A stretch of DNA of 63,360 nucleotides, the filler included, from Octopus bimaculoides (Eukaryota): the NCBI RefSeq assembly GCF_001194135.2. It is 6 parts of 5 records of this genome, joined end to end, with 100 filler letters (N's around TTAATTAATTAA, not from the genome) between each part and the next. Parts side by side here need not be neighbours in the genome. Positions count along the whole stretch, not along the records: positions 9,951 to 24,797 come from NC_068996.1; positions 24,898 to 46,965 come from NC_068987.1; 4 more parts are not named here. One strand, 5' to 3'. The translations under genes were made by a program, and so were the position numbers. Positions 22,708 through 36,055 of this stretch are shown in pieces. Within the stretch, counting starts at the first letter, position 1; each line of letters starts with the position of its first letter. Under the pieces are notes generated by a model, which worked only from the letters and a program-made list of their open reading frames with translations, did no database searches and was not told the origin of the DNA.

Positions 22708-23541
22708 CATCATCATCATCATCATCATCATTGTCGTTTAATCTCCATTTTCCATGCTGGCATGGGTTGGACGGTTTGACTGGGGTCTGGCAAGCCAGTA
22801 GGCTGCACCAGCCTCCAATCTGATCTGGCAGTGTTTCTACAGCTGGATGCCCCTCCTAACGCCAACCACTCTGAGAGTGTAGTGGGTGCTTTTTATTTGC
22901 TACCAACACAGGGGCCAGAGGGGGCTGGCACCGACCATGTTTGGATGGTGCTTTTACATGTCACTGACACCTTAGCCAGTCAAAACAGCACTGGCATCAG
23001 CCATGTTTGGATGGTGCTTTTTACATACCACTGGCACAGGAGCCAGTCAGGGTGAGGGGGGCTGACATCGACTACGTTTGGATAGTGCTTTTTACGTGCC
23101 ACCAGCATGGGGAGCCTGACAGGCAGCGCTGGCATCAGCCACACCTACAATTTCCATATGATTGTGGTTTGATTTGATTTTGATGTTGATGATGTACTTG
23201 ACTCAATAGGTCTCCTCAAGCATGGCATGTCGCCCATGATCCAAATGTACTTTTTGAGTGGGCTGGTTATGCAACACTGGTGTAGGTGACAGCTGTGTTC
23301 TCACTTTATTTGCCGGGTCTTCTCAGCATCTCTTCAAAGGTCTTGGTCTTTTGTCATTGCCTCTGTGAGGCCCAACGTTCGAAGGTCATGCTTCACCACC
23401 TCATCCCATATCTTCCTGGGTCTCTCTCTACCCCAGTTTTCTTCCACTGTTTGGGAGTGGTACTTCTTCACACAGCTCTCCCCATCCATCCGTAGTACAT
23501 GACCATACCAGCGTAGATGTCTCTCTTGCATGCCAACAACA
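22708..23541 (-). mobile_element. 5'-truncated RTE LINE: ORF end, 3' UTR with internal ~66-71 bp repeats, (GAT)n tail
   Basis: LRWYGHVLRMDGESCVKK...GRERPRKIWDEVVKHDLRTLGL. The unit CCATGTTTGGATGGTGCTTTT occurs at 22935, 23001 and 23072. Tail at 22708-22730. Confidence 0.9.
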
Positions 23542-23542
23542 T

Positions 23543-23800
23543 ATGACAAATGAATGCCTTTTCGGTAACCTGCAGAAAGTTAGTGAGAAGATCAGGCAAA
23601 GACAGCTGCAATTATTATCTGGTCATTGTGTGAAACACTCTGAATTGGAAGCATCAAAATTAGTCTTGTGGAACCAATTTCATGGTCATATAAGAAGAGG
23701 AAAACATCATCACACTTACATTGACAACAAATTGCAGACACTGGCCTGGAATGTATCCAAGGCTTAGAGACAGTGATGATGGATGGAGAAGTATGGTTGG
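23543..23800 (+). mobile_element. RTE-X-like LINE ORF 3' end
   Basis: TNECLFGNLQKVSEKIRQRQLQLLSGHCVKHSELEASKLVLWNQFHGHIRRG...TYID resembles the LAGHCxRH...LVLWEPxHG...YID motif. Clade assignment is tentative. Confidence 0.7.
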
Positions 23801-24384
23801 TGAACTTTGTTGCCTCAGTCAGGTTGGAACCCAGCCATAATAATAAAAATAATTATAATATGCCAATCAACTACATTACTAAATCCATAGTTTCCATATG
23901 CCATATCCTTCTCACAAGGCATTTGTGAACCCAATGTTAAAATAAAAATCAATTGTATCCAAGATGACACACACACACAATGGGAACAAGCACGGAACTA
24001 TTTTGTTGCAAAATGAATTTCCTAACCACTCCAAATTATGCTCTCTGTACGTATATCTACATTTTTATTGCTGTTATTATTTACTCTTACTTTGCTGTAA
24101 CATAAGAGAAGAAAAAAGAAACATAACTGGAAGACACACACCAAAAAAAACCCCCCAAAAACTACCCATTAAGAAAACAAATATCATTGGACGATCATTT
24201 TTATTTCGTTTTATTTTTAATATATTTTTTTTATGTATGTTTCTCTTTTTTGTTGTACTTTTTGCCTTGTATGATTTTTATTAGCAGAAAGCTAATATGA
24301 CTGACCGGGTTTTTTACATCTCTTATTGATTAGTGGTTGATAGCCGATGAAATAAAATGAGGGGAAAATAACAATATTATATCA

Positions 24385-24797
24385 GAGATGAACGGTGGTG
24401 GAGACAGTGGTGCTGGTGCTGGTGTTGGTGGTGGTGGTGGTCATGGTGATGGTAGTAGTGTTGGAGTTGTTGTTCTTGTTGTTGTTACTGATAGTGTAGC
24501 TGGTGGTGGTGGTGATGGTAGCAGTGTTGTTTTTGTTAATGATGTTTGTCAATTCACTGCTTGTGTTGGTGGTAGTGACAATGGTTGAGGCAAGAGTGGT
24601 GGGAGCAGCAGCAGCAGTGGTGGTGGTGGTGGTGTTGTGTAATACTGTTGATGGTGGTGATGATGGTGGTGCTGTGATGATGTTGTTTTTGCTGTTGTTG
24701 CTATTGGTGGTGGTGATGGTGGTGGTGATGGTGGTGGCAGTGGTACTGGTAGTAGAGGTGTTAGTTGGTATTGTTTTTGTTGTCATGTTGTTGTTGG
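24385..24797. repeat. Degenerate (GGT/GTT/GAT)n low-complexity tract
   Basis: Directly visible. Runs into a gap marker. Confidence 0.9.
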
Positions 24798-24897
24798 NNN
24801 NNNNNNNNNNNNNNNNNNNNNNNNNNNNNNNNNNNNNNNNNTTAATTAATTAANNNNNNNNNNNNNNNNNNNNNNNNNNNNNNNNNNNNNNNNNNNN
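24798..24897. other. Artificial 100-bp gap marker
   Basis: 44 N + TTAATTAATTAA + 44 N. Confidence 0.97.
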
Positions 24898-24952
<55 letters not shown>

Positions 24953-26277
24953 ACACGCATATATATACATGTACATATGTATGTGTGTTGTGTGTGTATG
25001 TCTACCTACCTACATAAATTTTATTGGTTTATTCCTTTACCGGTTTTGGCCATTTGACTGCATCTCTAGAACAGACATAATGGGCGTCGGATATGTATTA
25101 ATAAATCAATGATTAAACGACTCTTATTCTACCTAACTCTAACAATGTATAATTTCGTATTAATGTTTCTGTTTTATCTCCTATAATCTCGCAGTTCTCA
25201 ATGATACTGATTGAAGGTTTTGTAATGCAGCCGTTTCTAACTCGAATTGTAGGTGGTTAGTCAGTAAGAAGCAGCTTACCCAATCACCATATAATTTTTC
25301 ATGAGAAAAACTTGTTTGGTACCATAACTTTTGGCTCTTTCCAAGTCTGTGAAGGTTCGGCGTAAAAGATTAGGTAACTAGGCGATCTCTGAATTTCTTA
25401 ATGTAATTAAATACACAGAAACCATACTAATAGAAAGATCACGTGAAGTCACTCTTGGAATGACAGGGACAAATATGATGAGGTGGTATAAAAGAGAAAG
25501 CGATGTGAGGTTTTATGATTTGTCCCGTGAATTAGCCTGAACCATTTCAATTTTTGTTAGATATCAGTATAACTCAGTGATATACCTGATAATACATCTA
25601 TATAACTTCTTTCGTCGTGCTAATTCCTATAGTCAGTTCGTTCCGACACTTTTCTATTTGAAATTCCATCTCCGCTCATATCTTTCCCGCTGGTTTTGAT
25701 TGACTAAGGTTCAAATTTATGGCAAGTGTCTAACCTATCTAAGAGAGCCTGCAATGACCATGGACACAGTCTCTTCCTTCAAACCCAGTAAATACATTGT
25801 AAGGCAGGCAAGATAGGGCACACATTGACTGCTGCAAGAACAGACGCACATTTTCGGCATGGCCTAAAGCACTGATTAATCTGGCACCAGCCCTAGATCT
25901 ATTCCAGGATTTGTATTTTGAATGCTAACTGAGATATGCCCTGGTTAATGTTTCTCTGTTACTGCCACTGAAAAACCAAAACAGAAAAATAAACGGTAAT
26001 ACTCGGAGAACTCTGAGAACGTACATAGTTCCACAGATAACTTGCAGTTGCGATTCTGTTCTCTTTGTTCAAGTCGGTATTCTCTACGCTTTCGACATTA
26101 TCTACATTCGTTGCACGTGCAAAAACATTCAAGCAATATCCTTGAATTTGAATAAGTTCGTATACGGTGGTAGAGAAGATGAAGAAGCTGGCGTTTGAGA
26201 ACTAAAGAACGATGCATTATTATTCGATATAAAGCATGCAAATTTATCCAAACTCAAGTGTGTCACTTCGTGATCAT

Positions 26278-26377
26278 TCTTCTTCTTCTTCTTCTTCTTC
26301 TTCTTCTTCTTCTTCTTCTTCTTCTTCTTCTTCTTCTTCTTCTTCTTCTTCTTCTTCTTCTTCTTCTTCTTCTTCTT

Positions 26378-26407
<30 letters not shown>
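26278..26407. repeat. Uninterrupted (TTC/GAA)n, about 43 units
   Basis: Directly visible pure trinucleotide run of about 130 bp. Confidence 0.97.
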
Positions 26408-26410
<3 letters not shown>

Positions 26411-26640
26411 ATGTTGGTTTTCATATTTTCATTCTTCTTGCTCTACCTTCAATTCTTGGTCCAAAGGCGCCCAATGATGTTGCTTTGTTACTATTTAAAG
26501 GAGACTACCTCTCTGAGTATGTGCGCTGTTCCTAGAATTCTGATCTGGAGCTCATAGATGTTGATGTCAACTCCTCTTTCTTGCTCTTTTTTCTCTCTAG
26601 ATTTTTAGCACTCCACAACATTTCCTCTATTTCTTTATCC
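26408..26640 (-). mobile_element. 3' end of an R4/Dong-like (RLE-type) non-LTR element
   Basis: Minus translation ...GVDINIYELQIRILGTAHILREVVSFK* resembles the LQKxxxLGTAHILRKVL C-terminus of RLE LINEs. An ~80-nt 3' UTR runs directly into (GAA)n. Confidence 0.65.
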
Positions 26641-28147
26641 ATCGCTAACGTTTAGTCTTTTAACTAGAGTAGAATACATTTCGCTAAAGTGACCTAACGA
26701 AACCGACACATGTCTTTAAAAACAAAATATTCTAGATACACCAAATATACTCAAACCTTCATTGTTGATTTCTCCAGGTTCGAAAATTACGATGAGTAAG
26801 TAGTATTGGAATTATCTCTCCTTATAAGCATTTTTGTGTTTCGTTTTAGATTTTAAACACCACCCTGGACGGAATGCTTTGCTTTTTTTAAAGTTCTTTT
26901 TTTATCAACTAATTGCTTGAATAATCTCAGTTGATCGAACTTTTCCCACTCATTATACTACATACGCAGATCCCTGCTGTATTCATATTTAGTATGCAAA
27001 CTGCTCCCCTGGGAAATGCTTCCATCAGTTATATTGTTGAATGCACTTAGCAAAGTAAATACAATAATATTGTGTAAATAATCACACATTGAGTAGTTAT
27101 TTATTTATAAATAGTTTATTGATAACGTCACTTGTTCAATACTATCATTTATTTTGAGTCGAAACAGAGATGTGTTTGCTAGAAATAGCAACAAAATCTC
27201 ACTTTACAAATAGTTCCAGACTATCTAAACAAATAGAAGACACATGGAATAATGTAGACCCCACTCTCTCCTCTGACTCTCTCTGGCACCATGCTCACTC
27301 TCTCTCCTCTCGCTCTCCCTTCCCTTGTCCCCTTTCTCTAGTTGCCTGTCTGTTTGCCTGTCTGTCTGCCTGTATATCTGCCTGTCTGTCTGCTTGTCTG
27401 CCTCCATACAAAAGTCTGAAGATGCATGATTTTTCTTGAAAATGATCTAGCAATTGTTCCTTGCTGCCTTCATTCATTTTATATACGGTTAACTCTGTTA
27501 TATCTTGCTCTTCCGAGATTACCCTTCAGGAGTAGGGCCTATCTGGTCTTGGTGAGACTAGTCCACGTGATATCAAGTCATTTACCCATATTGGCGACCC
27601 TCGATGAAACATATCTAAGATCCATCCCTTCTGCGAGTCCTGTAATATTTCGGCACAGAACCTTCTATTTTATTTACTCCATACCTGGGGGCGTTAACCA
27701 TCCCTGGTCTTAGCGAACTCAGAGATAGTTGATTCAGAAGTAACCCTATACTATCTCAAACTCCTGTACCCTTAAACTAGGGTCTCACCACAAGATATAG
27801 TTTACTGTATAACCCATGATGAAGTCCTGCACACACGTTGTTTTAAAAATAAGACTAGATGATCAGGGCTAGAACGACTCTAATCTTAGATCTGCTCACA
27901 CAGCAACAGCAACGACATCAATAAGATTAGCATATATTGCGTGAAATAATTCCGTGCACAGGGGTTTCATGTTTGTGCTATCTATATTAATTATTTTTCA
28001 ATTAATTCTATATATGTTTATTTATCTAATTTTTAATTAATATCTCTACTTTGATGTATTTCCATACGTACGATTCAAATTTATCTGTGTAAGTACTTAT
28101 CACCCTATAAATGTGTATATCTGCATCAGTGACAAAGACTGTCTTAT

Positions 28148-28149
<2 letters not shown>

Positions 28150-28201
<52 letters not shown>

Positions 28202-28512
28202 CACAAATATATATGAAATGCTTGAACATATGTAAGCTCGTGTGTCTACATGTGCATGCCTTTGTGCAAATGTGTATATGCCTGTGTGTATATGCCTGTG
28301 TGTATATTTGAGTGCATATATATTCATATGCATACCTATACACACATGTATGCATAAATGTTTCTTAAAATGCTAATCAGCTTGCAAGTGTATATATGCA
28401 TATAAGCAGTGGCAACATGTCTATAATGAATATTAATAATGAAATTATGTATACATACTTGCATAACTACATACATATAGGTATGTGTGTGCATATTTAT
28501 ATATATATGTGT

Positions 28513-28571
<59 letters not shown>

Positions 28572-29239
28572 CATACATACACACATATATATACATATAA
28601 AAATATATATGTCTACAAACTCACACTCTCTGCCATTTATGTTTACACATATACCCATGTACATGCACATATATGTATGTGGATATATGTATGTATATAT
28701 GTATGTATATATATNNNNNNNNNNNNNNNNNNNNNNNNNNNNNNNNNNNNNNNNNNNNNNNNNNNNNNNNNNNNNNNNNNNNNNNNNNNNNNNNNNNNNN
28801 NNNNNNNNNNNNNNNNNNNNNNNNNNNNTATATATATATATATATATATGCGTGTGCATGCATGTGCACTTGTATACATTTATATATATGTTTTATACAT
28901 ATTTATACGAATATATTTAGATATGCTGTCACTCATATATACATACATACGTAGCAGAATATATACGTTACTCAGGTAATTAACTAAATTCAGCAGCAAC
29001 AGAATTGATGACAACTAATACCAATGAAAATAACTACTATACAACTACAGTATTCCAACAAAAAATAACAACAAAAACAATATATATGCGTTTGTTTGTA
29101 AGTATGTATGATTGTATGTATGCATGTGTGTATATATGTATGTATGCATATGTATATATACATATATAAATATATACATATACGCGCATAAAAATATACA
29201 TTCATACTTACATACATACACTCACACACAACCGCCTCT

Positions 29240-29289
<50 letters not shown>

Positions 29290-29487
29290 NNNNNNNNNNN
29301 NNNNNNNNNNNNNNNNNNNNNNNNNNNNNNNNNNNNNNNNNCCAGATATATATGCATCTTATACATACATACGTATGTATGTATGTATATATAGAGAGAG
29401 ATTGATAGATAAATAGATATATCTTTGTACACTCAAATACATAAGTAGGTATATGTATACATATATTTTTATATGTGTTTGTGTGTT

Positions 29488-29537
<50 letters not shown>

Positions 29538-29560
29538 AATGTGTGTGTATATATGTGTGA
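28150..29560. repeat. Extended (TA)/(TACA)/(CA) microsatellite field with gaps
   Basis: Directly visible. Confidence 0.9.
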
Positions 29561-29921
29561 ATTCTCTAGGATTTGATCACATGAAAATGTTAAATAAATA
29601 ATATTGAAAACACAGTTGAATTCAAAATTTAACCGTACATCTGATAAATATATCGCTAATGCACGTCATGCAAATCATGGAGAACAAAAAAACAAAACAA
29701 AACAAAAAATAGACTATAAAAAAAACAGCAACGACAAAAGGCAGAAAAAAACCCCAAAAAACAAAACGTAACATTTCTGCCTGTTGAAGTTAAATACAAA
29801 GGTATATATTTGCTTATAGTAATTTCATTAGACTTTTAGATTGTAAAAACCATGATCTCTTTCTCACTCTCTCTCTTTCTCTCTCTCTCTTTCTCTCTCT
29901 CACTCTATCTATCTGTATGTA

Positions 29922-30975
29922 TTGGATCATCCCATAAATACTGCAGTATTTTTATGCTTTTATTTTTCCAAATTGAAATAAACAAAGTTAGTTTTTTAAT
30001 CTAAAATATACTCTCCTCCATTTTCTACAACGCTCTGGTAGACTTGCAAGGCCCCTCTTTCAAAATTCACTTGACCGTGACGAAAAATACTCCTCCAGTA
30101 CTGTTCTGATCTCGACTACAGAATTAATATTTTTTCTGTCTAAAGACTGCCGTATAAATGATAAATAGAAAGGGGCAATGTCCGGCGAATATGGTGGGTG
30201 AAGTATTGTTTCCCATTAAAACTGCTCCAACCTTTGGAATGTCCACCTCGCTGTATGTGGCCGAGCATTATTCTAATGGAAGAACACTTTTTGTCTTGAC
30301 GCCAAAGATGGTCATTTTACTTGAAGCTGCTCGCAGATCTCCTTTGTTATTGTTTGGTTTGGGTTTAAAAGTTCAAAGTGAACTGAACTGTTCATATCCC
30401 ACCAAACAGATGACACACCTTACGTGGGTGAAGACCCTTTTCAGCCTGGGCTGCCGGTGTTTTTCCTTTCCTTACCCACTGTCTGTGGCACTTGACATTT
30501 TTATAGAGAACCCATGTCTTGTCATCAGTCACTATTCGGTCCAAAATAAGTTCATTCGCGAGGAAAGAAGCACACGCATTCATTGTCTGCGCGCGCATAG
30601 ACTCGGAAAGTTTGAGAGGAACTCATTGACCCAATTTGCTGACTTTTACGATGACACTCAAGTGTCGATGACTGGTTGAATGACCAAATCGAAGCGTCTC
30701 TACTAGTTCCTCTACAGTTACGATGGGATTTTGTTCCAGCAGGGTTTTCAGGACGTCCTCGTCGAGCCCTACAAATCTTCCAGGACGAGGATCGTCTACT
30801 AGGCTGTAGTCTTCGGCTCAGAATTTCTGGAACCACCGTTGACACTGGCTTACGCTTATTGTCCGATCCCCATATACTGCATTAATATTCCTCGCAGGTT
30901 CAGTCGCGTTGTTCCCTTTATTGAACTCATAAAGCAAAATATGCCGAATATGCTTTTTTGACATGCTGGTTCACC
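29922..30975 (-). mobile_element. Near full-length mariner element; one TIR visible
   Basis: TA followed by TTGGATCATCCCATAAATA (TA target plus TIR) at 29920-29940. The transposase pseudogene lies inside. The other end is displaced by a SINE and a gap. Confidence 0.9.
29996..30964 (-). pseudogene. Mariner transposase pseudogene
   Basis: MSKKHIRHILLYEFNKGNNATE...RWFQKF*...GQ*VPLKLS...DRIVTDDKTWVLY...LHPRKV...WWD...NARPH...HPPYSPDIAP...VVENGGEYILD*. WVP, D..W, NARPH and YSPDxAP motifs are present, with in-frame stops and frameshifts. Confidence 0.92.
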
Positions 30976-31303
30976 GCCTTGAATATAAAAATAGCCTGCT
31001 ACCTATTCTATTGGTCCCTGTTGACGAACCGCTACGTTAGGGGAACGTAAACACACCAACAACGGTTGGTGATGGAGGGGTGCAACCACACACACGCACA
31101 CACACACACACACACACATGTATATATATATATATATATATATACTATGGGCTTCTTTCAGTTTCCGTCTACCAAATCTACTCACAAGGTTTTGGTCAGT
31201 CTGAGGCTATGGTAGAAGACACTTACCCAAGGTGCTATGCAGTGGGATTGAACCCGGAACCATGTGGTTGGGAATTCGTATCACACAGCCACTCCTGTAC
31301 CTA
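30975..31303 (-). mobile_element. SINE family A inserted at the mariner 5' end
   Basis: Reverse complement of the 9246-9660 family, with an internal (CA)/(TA) tract. Confidence 0.85.
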
Positions 31304-31564
31304 TNNNNNNNNNNNNNNNNNNNNNNNNNNNNNNNNNNNNNNNNNNNNNNNNNNNNNNNNNNNNNNNNNNNNNNNNNNNNNNNNNNNNNNNNNNNNNNNN
31401 NNNNNNNNNNNNNNNNNNNNNNNNNNNNNNNNNNNNNNNNNNNNNNNNNNNNNNNNNNNNNNNNNNNNNNNNNNNNNNNNNNNNNNNNNNNNNNNNNNNN
31501 NNNNNNNNNNNNNNNNNNNNNNNNNNNNNNNNNNNNNNNNNNNNNNNNNNNNNNNNNNNNNNNN

Positions 31565-31605
<41 letters not shown>

Positions 31606-32714
31606 ATCATAAAAAGGCAGGAAGTATGAGAGTTGAATATATATATTTATATCTAACCTTTTGATATCTGTAGGATTACGGCCACAAGATTCTAAGAATT
31701 CATATATTGCACTACAAGTGTATATATAATGTATTGGGATCACTGCTGTTTGTGATCGCTCTCTCAGACATGCCCCCAGCCGTACAGTCAGCCATTCTCG
31801 CAATCAACGCTGATGATTTGGAATTTGGAAGTCAATAGTTTATACTTGATACTGTGAAAGATATTAACGGATTTCGGAATTCATCAGAGTCGATAGAATT
31901 TTTCAATACTCACAGCATTCTAGTGTTCTGACAGAAGCAACCATTCAGACACAGTCGAATATCTTGCTGTCGTCGAGAACGACATTGTTCCTTCCTCTAT
32001 AATCCTAAATAGTGAGAGTCCGTCGGCCAGTGATGCAGAGGAACAAATCTCCAAAAGATCGGGCTCTACGGAAGTGTGAATGAGACTCAAAATTTTTTAA
32101 ATATGTGATTTTTAACAAAAGATTCCCTCCCCTCGTAGTTTCTCATGAAGACAGTGGATGTAAGTTATGTAACCCACCAAGCAATCTTACGTTTGTTCCT
32201 AGAATTCATATTGTGTTACTGGAAATGAAACATAAGAGCTAAAACTTTCACATATTTAGATAAAAAAAATATTGCAGTTACAGTGATCTGTATACACAAA
32301 TTCATTTTAAACGCACTGTATAACCAGCTGTTCTTTCTCTTTCTGTTCAGGAACATACTGTGTACTGAGACGCAATGTTTACATTCGTCATAACATACAG
32401 TCTTGGCTAAAACTATCTTGATATCTTCAACGTACATTATAGCAACGAAAGATTGTTAACGAATCAGTAATTTAATGCTTGAACTAGTTGCCAAGAAAGC
32501 GTTAAAAATGGTCTATCTAGCTTGTTTTAGTCGCTAATATCGGTAGTTTTATATACAATTTGTACGTGGATAGTCAAGGACGTTGCACAGCTGCTGACAA
32601 AACTCAAAGGCAGACATGAATTGTGCAACATATATAAGCTGTTCCTATTTTTCAGTACGCGAAGTGTTGCATATGGCAGTGATACATATACTTGTCGATA
32701 AACATCGGCCATGC

Positions 32715-32875
32715 AGGAGCACCGCCTTTATAATCGAGCAAATTGACCCCAGAGCTTATGCTTTGTAAGCCTAGTACTTTTCTATCGGACTCTTTGGCCA
32801 AACCGCTACGTTACAGGGACGCAAACACACCAGCATCGGTTGTCAAGCGATGCTGGGGGACAAACAAACACACAA

Positions 32876-32930
<55 letters not shown>

Positions 32931-33040
32931 TATACGGCGGGTATCTTTCCAGTTTTCATCTACCATATCCACTGACAAGGCTTTGGTCGGCCCGAGGCTA
33001 TAGTTGAAACACTTGCCCAAGGTGCCACGCAGTAGGACTN
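32715..33040 (-). mobile_element. SINE family A (head lost in gap)
   Basis: gagcaccgcc...taagcctagtact...aaggctttggtcggcccgaggctatag...cacttgcccaaggtgccacgcag. Confidence 0.9.
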
Positions 33041-33968
33041 NNNNNNNNNNNNNNNNNNNNNNNNNNNNNNNNNNNNNNNNNNNNNNNNNNNNNNNNNNNN
33101 NNNNNNNNNNNNNNNNNNNNNNNNNNNNNNNNNNNNNNNNNNNNNNNNNNNNNNNNNNNNNNNNNNNNNNNNNNNNNNNNNNNNNNNNNNNNNNNNNNNN
33201 NNNNNNNNNNNNNNNNNNNNNNNNNNNNNNNNNNNNNNNNNNNNNNNNNNNNNNNNNNNNNNNNNNNNNNNNNNNNNNNNNNNNNNNNNNNNNNNNNNNN
33301 NNNNNNNNNNNNNNNNNNNNNNNNNNNNNNNNNNNNNNNNNNNNNNNNNNNNNNNNNNNNNNNNNNNNNNNNNNNNNNNNNNNNNNNNNNNNNNNNNNNN
33401 NNNNNNNNNNNNNNNNNNNNNNNNNNNNNNNNNNNNNNNNNNNNNNNNNNNNNNNNNNNNNNNNNNNNNNNNNNNNNNNNNNNNNNNNNNNNNNNNNNNN
33501 NNNNNNNNNNNNNNNNNNNNNNNNNNNNNNNNNNNNNNNNNNNNNNNNNNNNNNNNNNNNNNNNNNNNNNNNNNNNNNNNNNNNNNNNNNNNNNNNNNNN
33601 NNNNNNNNNNNNNNNNNNNNNNNNNNNNNNNNNNNNNNNNNNNNNNNNNNNNNNNNNNNNNNNNNNNNNNNNNNNNNNNNNNNNNNNNNNNNNNNNNNNN
33701 NNNNNNNNNNNNNNNNNNNNNNNNNNNNNNNNNNNNNNNNNNNNNNNNNNNNNNNNNNNNNNNNNNNNNNNNNNNNNNNNNNNNNNNNNNNNNNNNNNNN
33801 NNNNNNNNNNNNNNNNNNNNNNNNNNNNNNNNNNNNNNNNNNNNNNNNNNNNNNNNNNNNNNNNNNNNNNNNNNNNNNNNNNNNNNNNNNNNNNNNNNNN
33901 NNNNNNNNNNNNNNNNNNNNNNNNNNNNNNNNNNNNNNNNNNATATATATATATATAATATAAAAACA

Positions 33969-34538
33969 TGTGAGTATATACATATATACGTGCATGTATG
34001 TACATACCTACATCTACATGTATATATAGATGCATATCTGGGTACAGGACGTCACAAAAAAAACGTGGACAAAATGAAAAACAGAACATAAACAGAGTAC
34101 AGAAAACACACAGGCCACATAGAGAAAAATTCCTTCATCAGCTGCCACCATTCTAAAACTAAGCGTTTCGAAGAGTTAGGGCAGGACGCATTGTTAGAAT
34201 GGCTCTTCCCGCGGAAAGAAATTAACTTAGTAGTGCGGACGAATATCGTGGCGAATAGAAAAGATGACAGGAAAATGAAGCAGTGAAAATAAGCAAGAAG
34301 AGCTAGTAGGACCAGACATGAAAAAATGTATATGCATACTGAACGCTGTGATGAGATGAATTGGAAGGGAGAGAGATGAAGTTCGTGCTGGGTTGGCAGT
34401 AGCCGAGATAAGAAAGGAGGCAGAAGCCAGACACACGTGACCAGCAAGAGGTAAGGAGAAAGAGTGGTAGAGAGAGAAAAAGGAGAGGAAGTAGAATATA
34501 GGTGAGCAACGAGAGACAGGGAGGAAGAGAGAGAGAGA

Positions 34539-34588
<50 letters not shown>

Positions 34589-34821
34589 TGAAGGGGAGAG
34601 GCGACATCAGAAATATAAAATTAAAACTTACTTGCAAAGATGACACGTGCGTTCGATCATGTAATAATACAAATAATATGTGAGTATATGCATATTTACA
34701 TACATCTATGTACATACCTACATCTACATATATATATAGATGCATATCTGGGTACAGGACGTCACAAAAAAACGTGGACAAAATGAAAAACAGAACATAA
34801 ACAGAGTACAGAAAACACACA
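33969..34821 (-). mobile_element. Element bounded by 143-144 bp direct repeats, probably a Penelope-type partial tandem (pseudo-LTR)
   Basis: 33969-34112 and 34679-34821 differ at about 7 positions. The interior holds a (GA)n tract and a decayed GAAGAG...CTCTTC GAAACG hammerhead-like motif (34163-34215). No TSD, PBS or PPT found. Confidence 0.5.
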
Positions 34822-35629
34822 TATACCTTAGTGATCACGCCATTATCTTAGAAAAACGATACGTTGGATAAGGCTTCTTGGTTTTCCGTATATAAATATA
34901 TAAAACCTGTCTCAGAGCTGGAATACTTTTTAGCATAATTTTGCTTGATCAAATTGATATAGGGGTAAACAACAAGAATAAAAACAACAACAGTTACAAA
35001 AAAAAAAAACGAAAACAGCAACAGCAGCAGTAATTAATGTAGAACGACACTCAAAAAATTATTCCTACAATTGAGTCCAGAAATCCCTAAAATATCAAGA
35101 ATCCTAGCAGCGGTAACAATAGTCATTATTGCCAAAAGCTATGTTAGCATGCACACTGCCACTACTGTAGCCGTCCGACTGAATCTGCTAGTCTCACTTC
35201 TTATGTAACGATCAGAGAAGGTAGTTACATGAGAAGTGAGTCTTGTGTGGTTGTCCAACATGCCAGAAGTAATAGTAAGCTCCATCTTATATAAATTTCT
35301 CTCATGTTAAAGGTCATATTAGACGATGTAGTTCCTGACGCATTATAATTGAAGCGAAAATGAGAGGCTCACCTTTGAATATAAATCACGTAGATCAATA
35401 GTGAATTGAAGACTTTATAACAGTAGCTAAAAGCAATCCAAAACGAAGATATATTTCGGCATGCTGGAAATGGTAACTACATCTCCCTTCAATCACATTC
35501 TACCATCAAAATTATGTTTCTCTGGACAGAGCTCCGGAGTCGGTAAGTTACAATAAATGGTAAGTTACTATAAATGATATGAGACAGGAAAGTAAGAAAA
35601 AAACATTATGCTACGTTACATATGGCAGA

Positions 35630-35630
35630 C

Positions 35631-35719
<89 letters not shown>

Positions 35720-36055
35720 TTGTGTGTGTGCATGTGTGTGTGTGTATTTGTGTGTGCGAGTGTGTGTGTGCGTATATGTATATGTATATGTATATCTATG
35801 TGTGTTTCTAACTATACATACATACAGACACACACTCACGCGCGCACGTATACATATATATATATATATATATATGAGTATGTATGTATGCATGTATGCA
35901 TGTTTATATGTATGTATGTAAGTATATATAGATTATATATCTGTATATACGCACATCTAAATATATGCATATATTTATGTGTAAGTGCATGTGAGTATAG
36001 GTATACACACATGCACATGTACCTGTGTGAGCGCGCGCGCGTGCGGAGGTGTGTG
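35630..36055. repeat. (TG)n and compound microsatellite
   Basis: Directly visible. Confidence 0.95.

Noticed and set aside
24382-24853. Thr-rich mucin-like and Val/Gly-rich ORFs
   Set aside because: Open frames of a degenerate trinucleotide tract on both strands, with no splice or domain support.
25620-25900. Possible CR1/L2 3' end (TMDTVSSFK)
   Set aside because: Only a short motif resemblance, insufficient support.
26195-26557. Poly-Leu and poly-Ser ORFs
   Set aside because: Frames of the (TTC)n repeat plus antisense LINE sequence.
30158-30885. Plus-strand ORFs of 173 aa and 69 aa
   Set aside because: Antisense shadows of the mariner transposase pseudogene.
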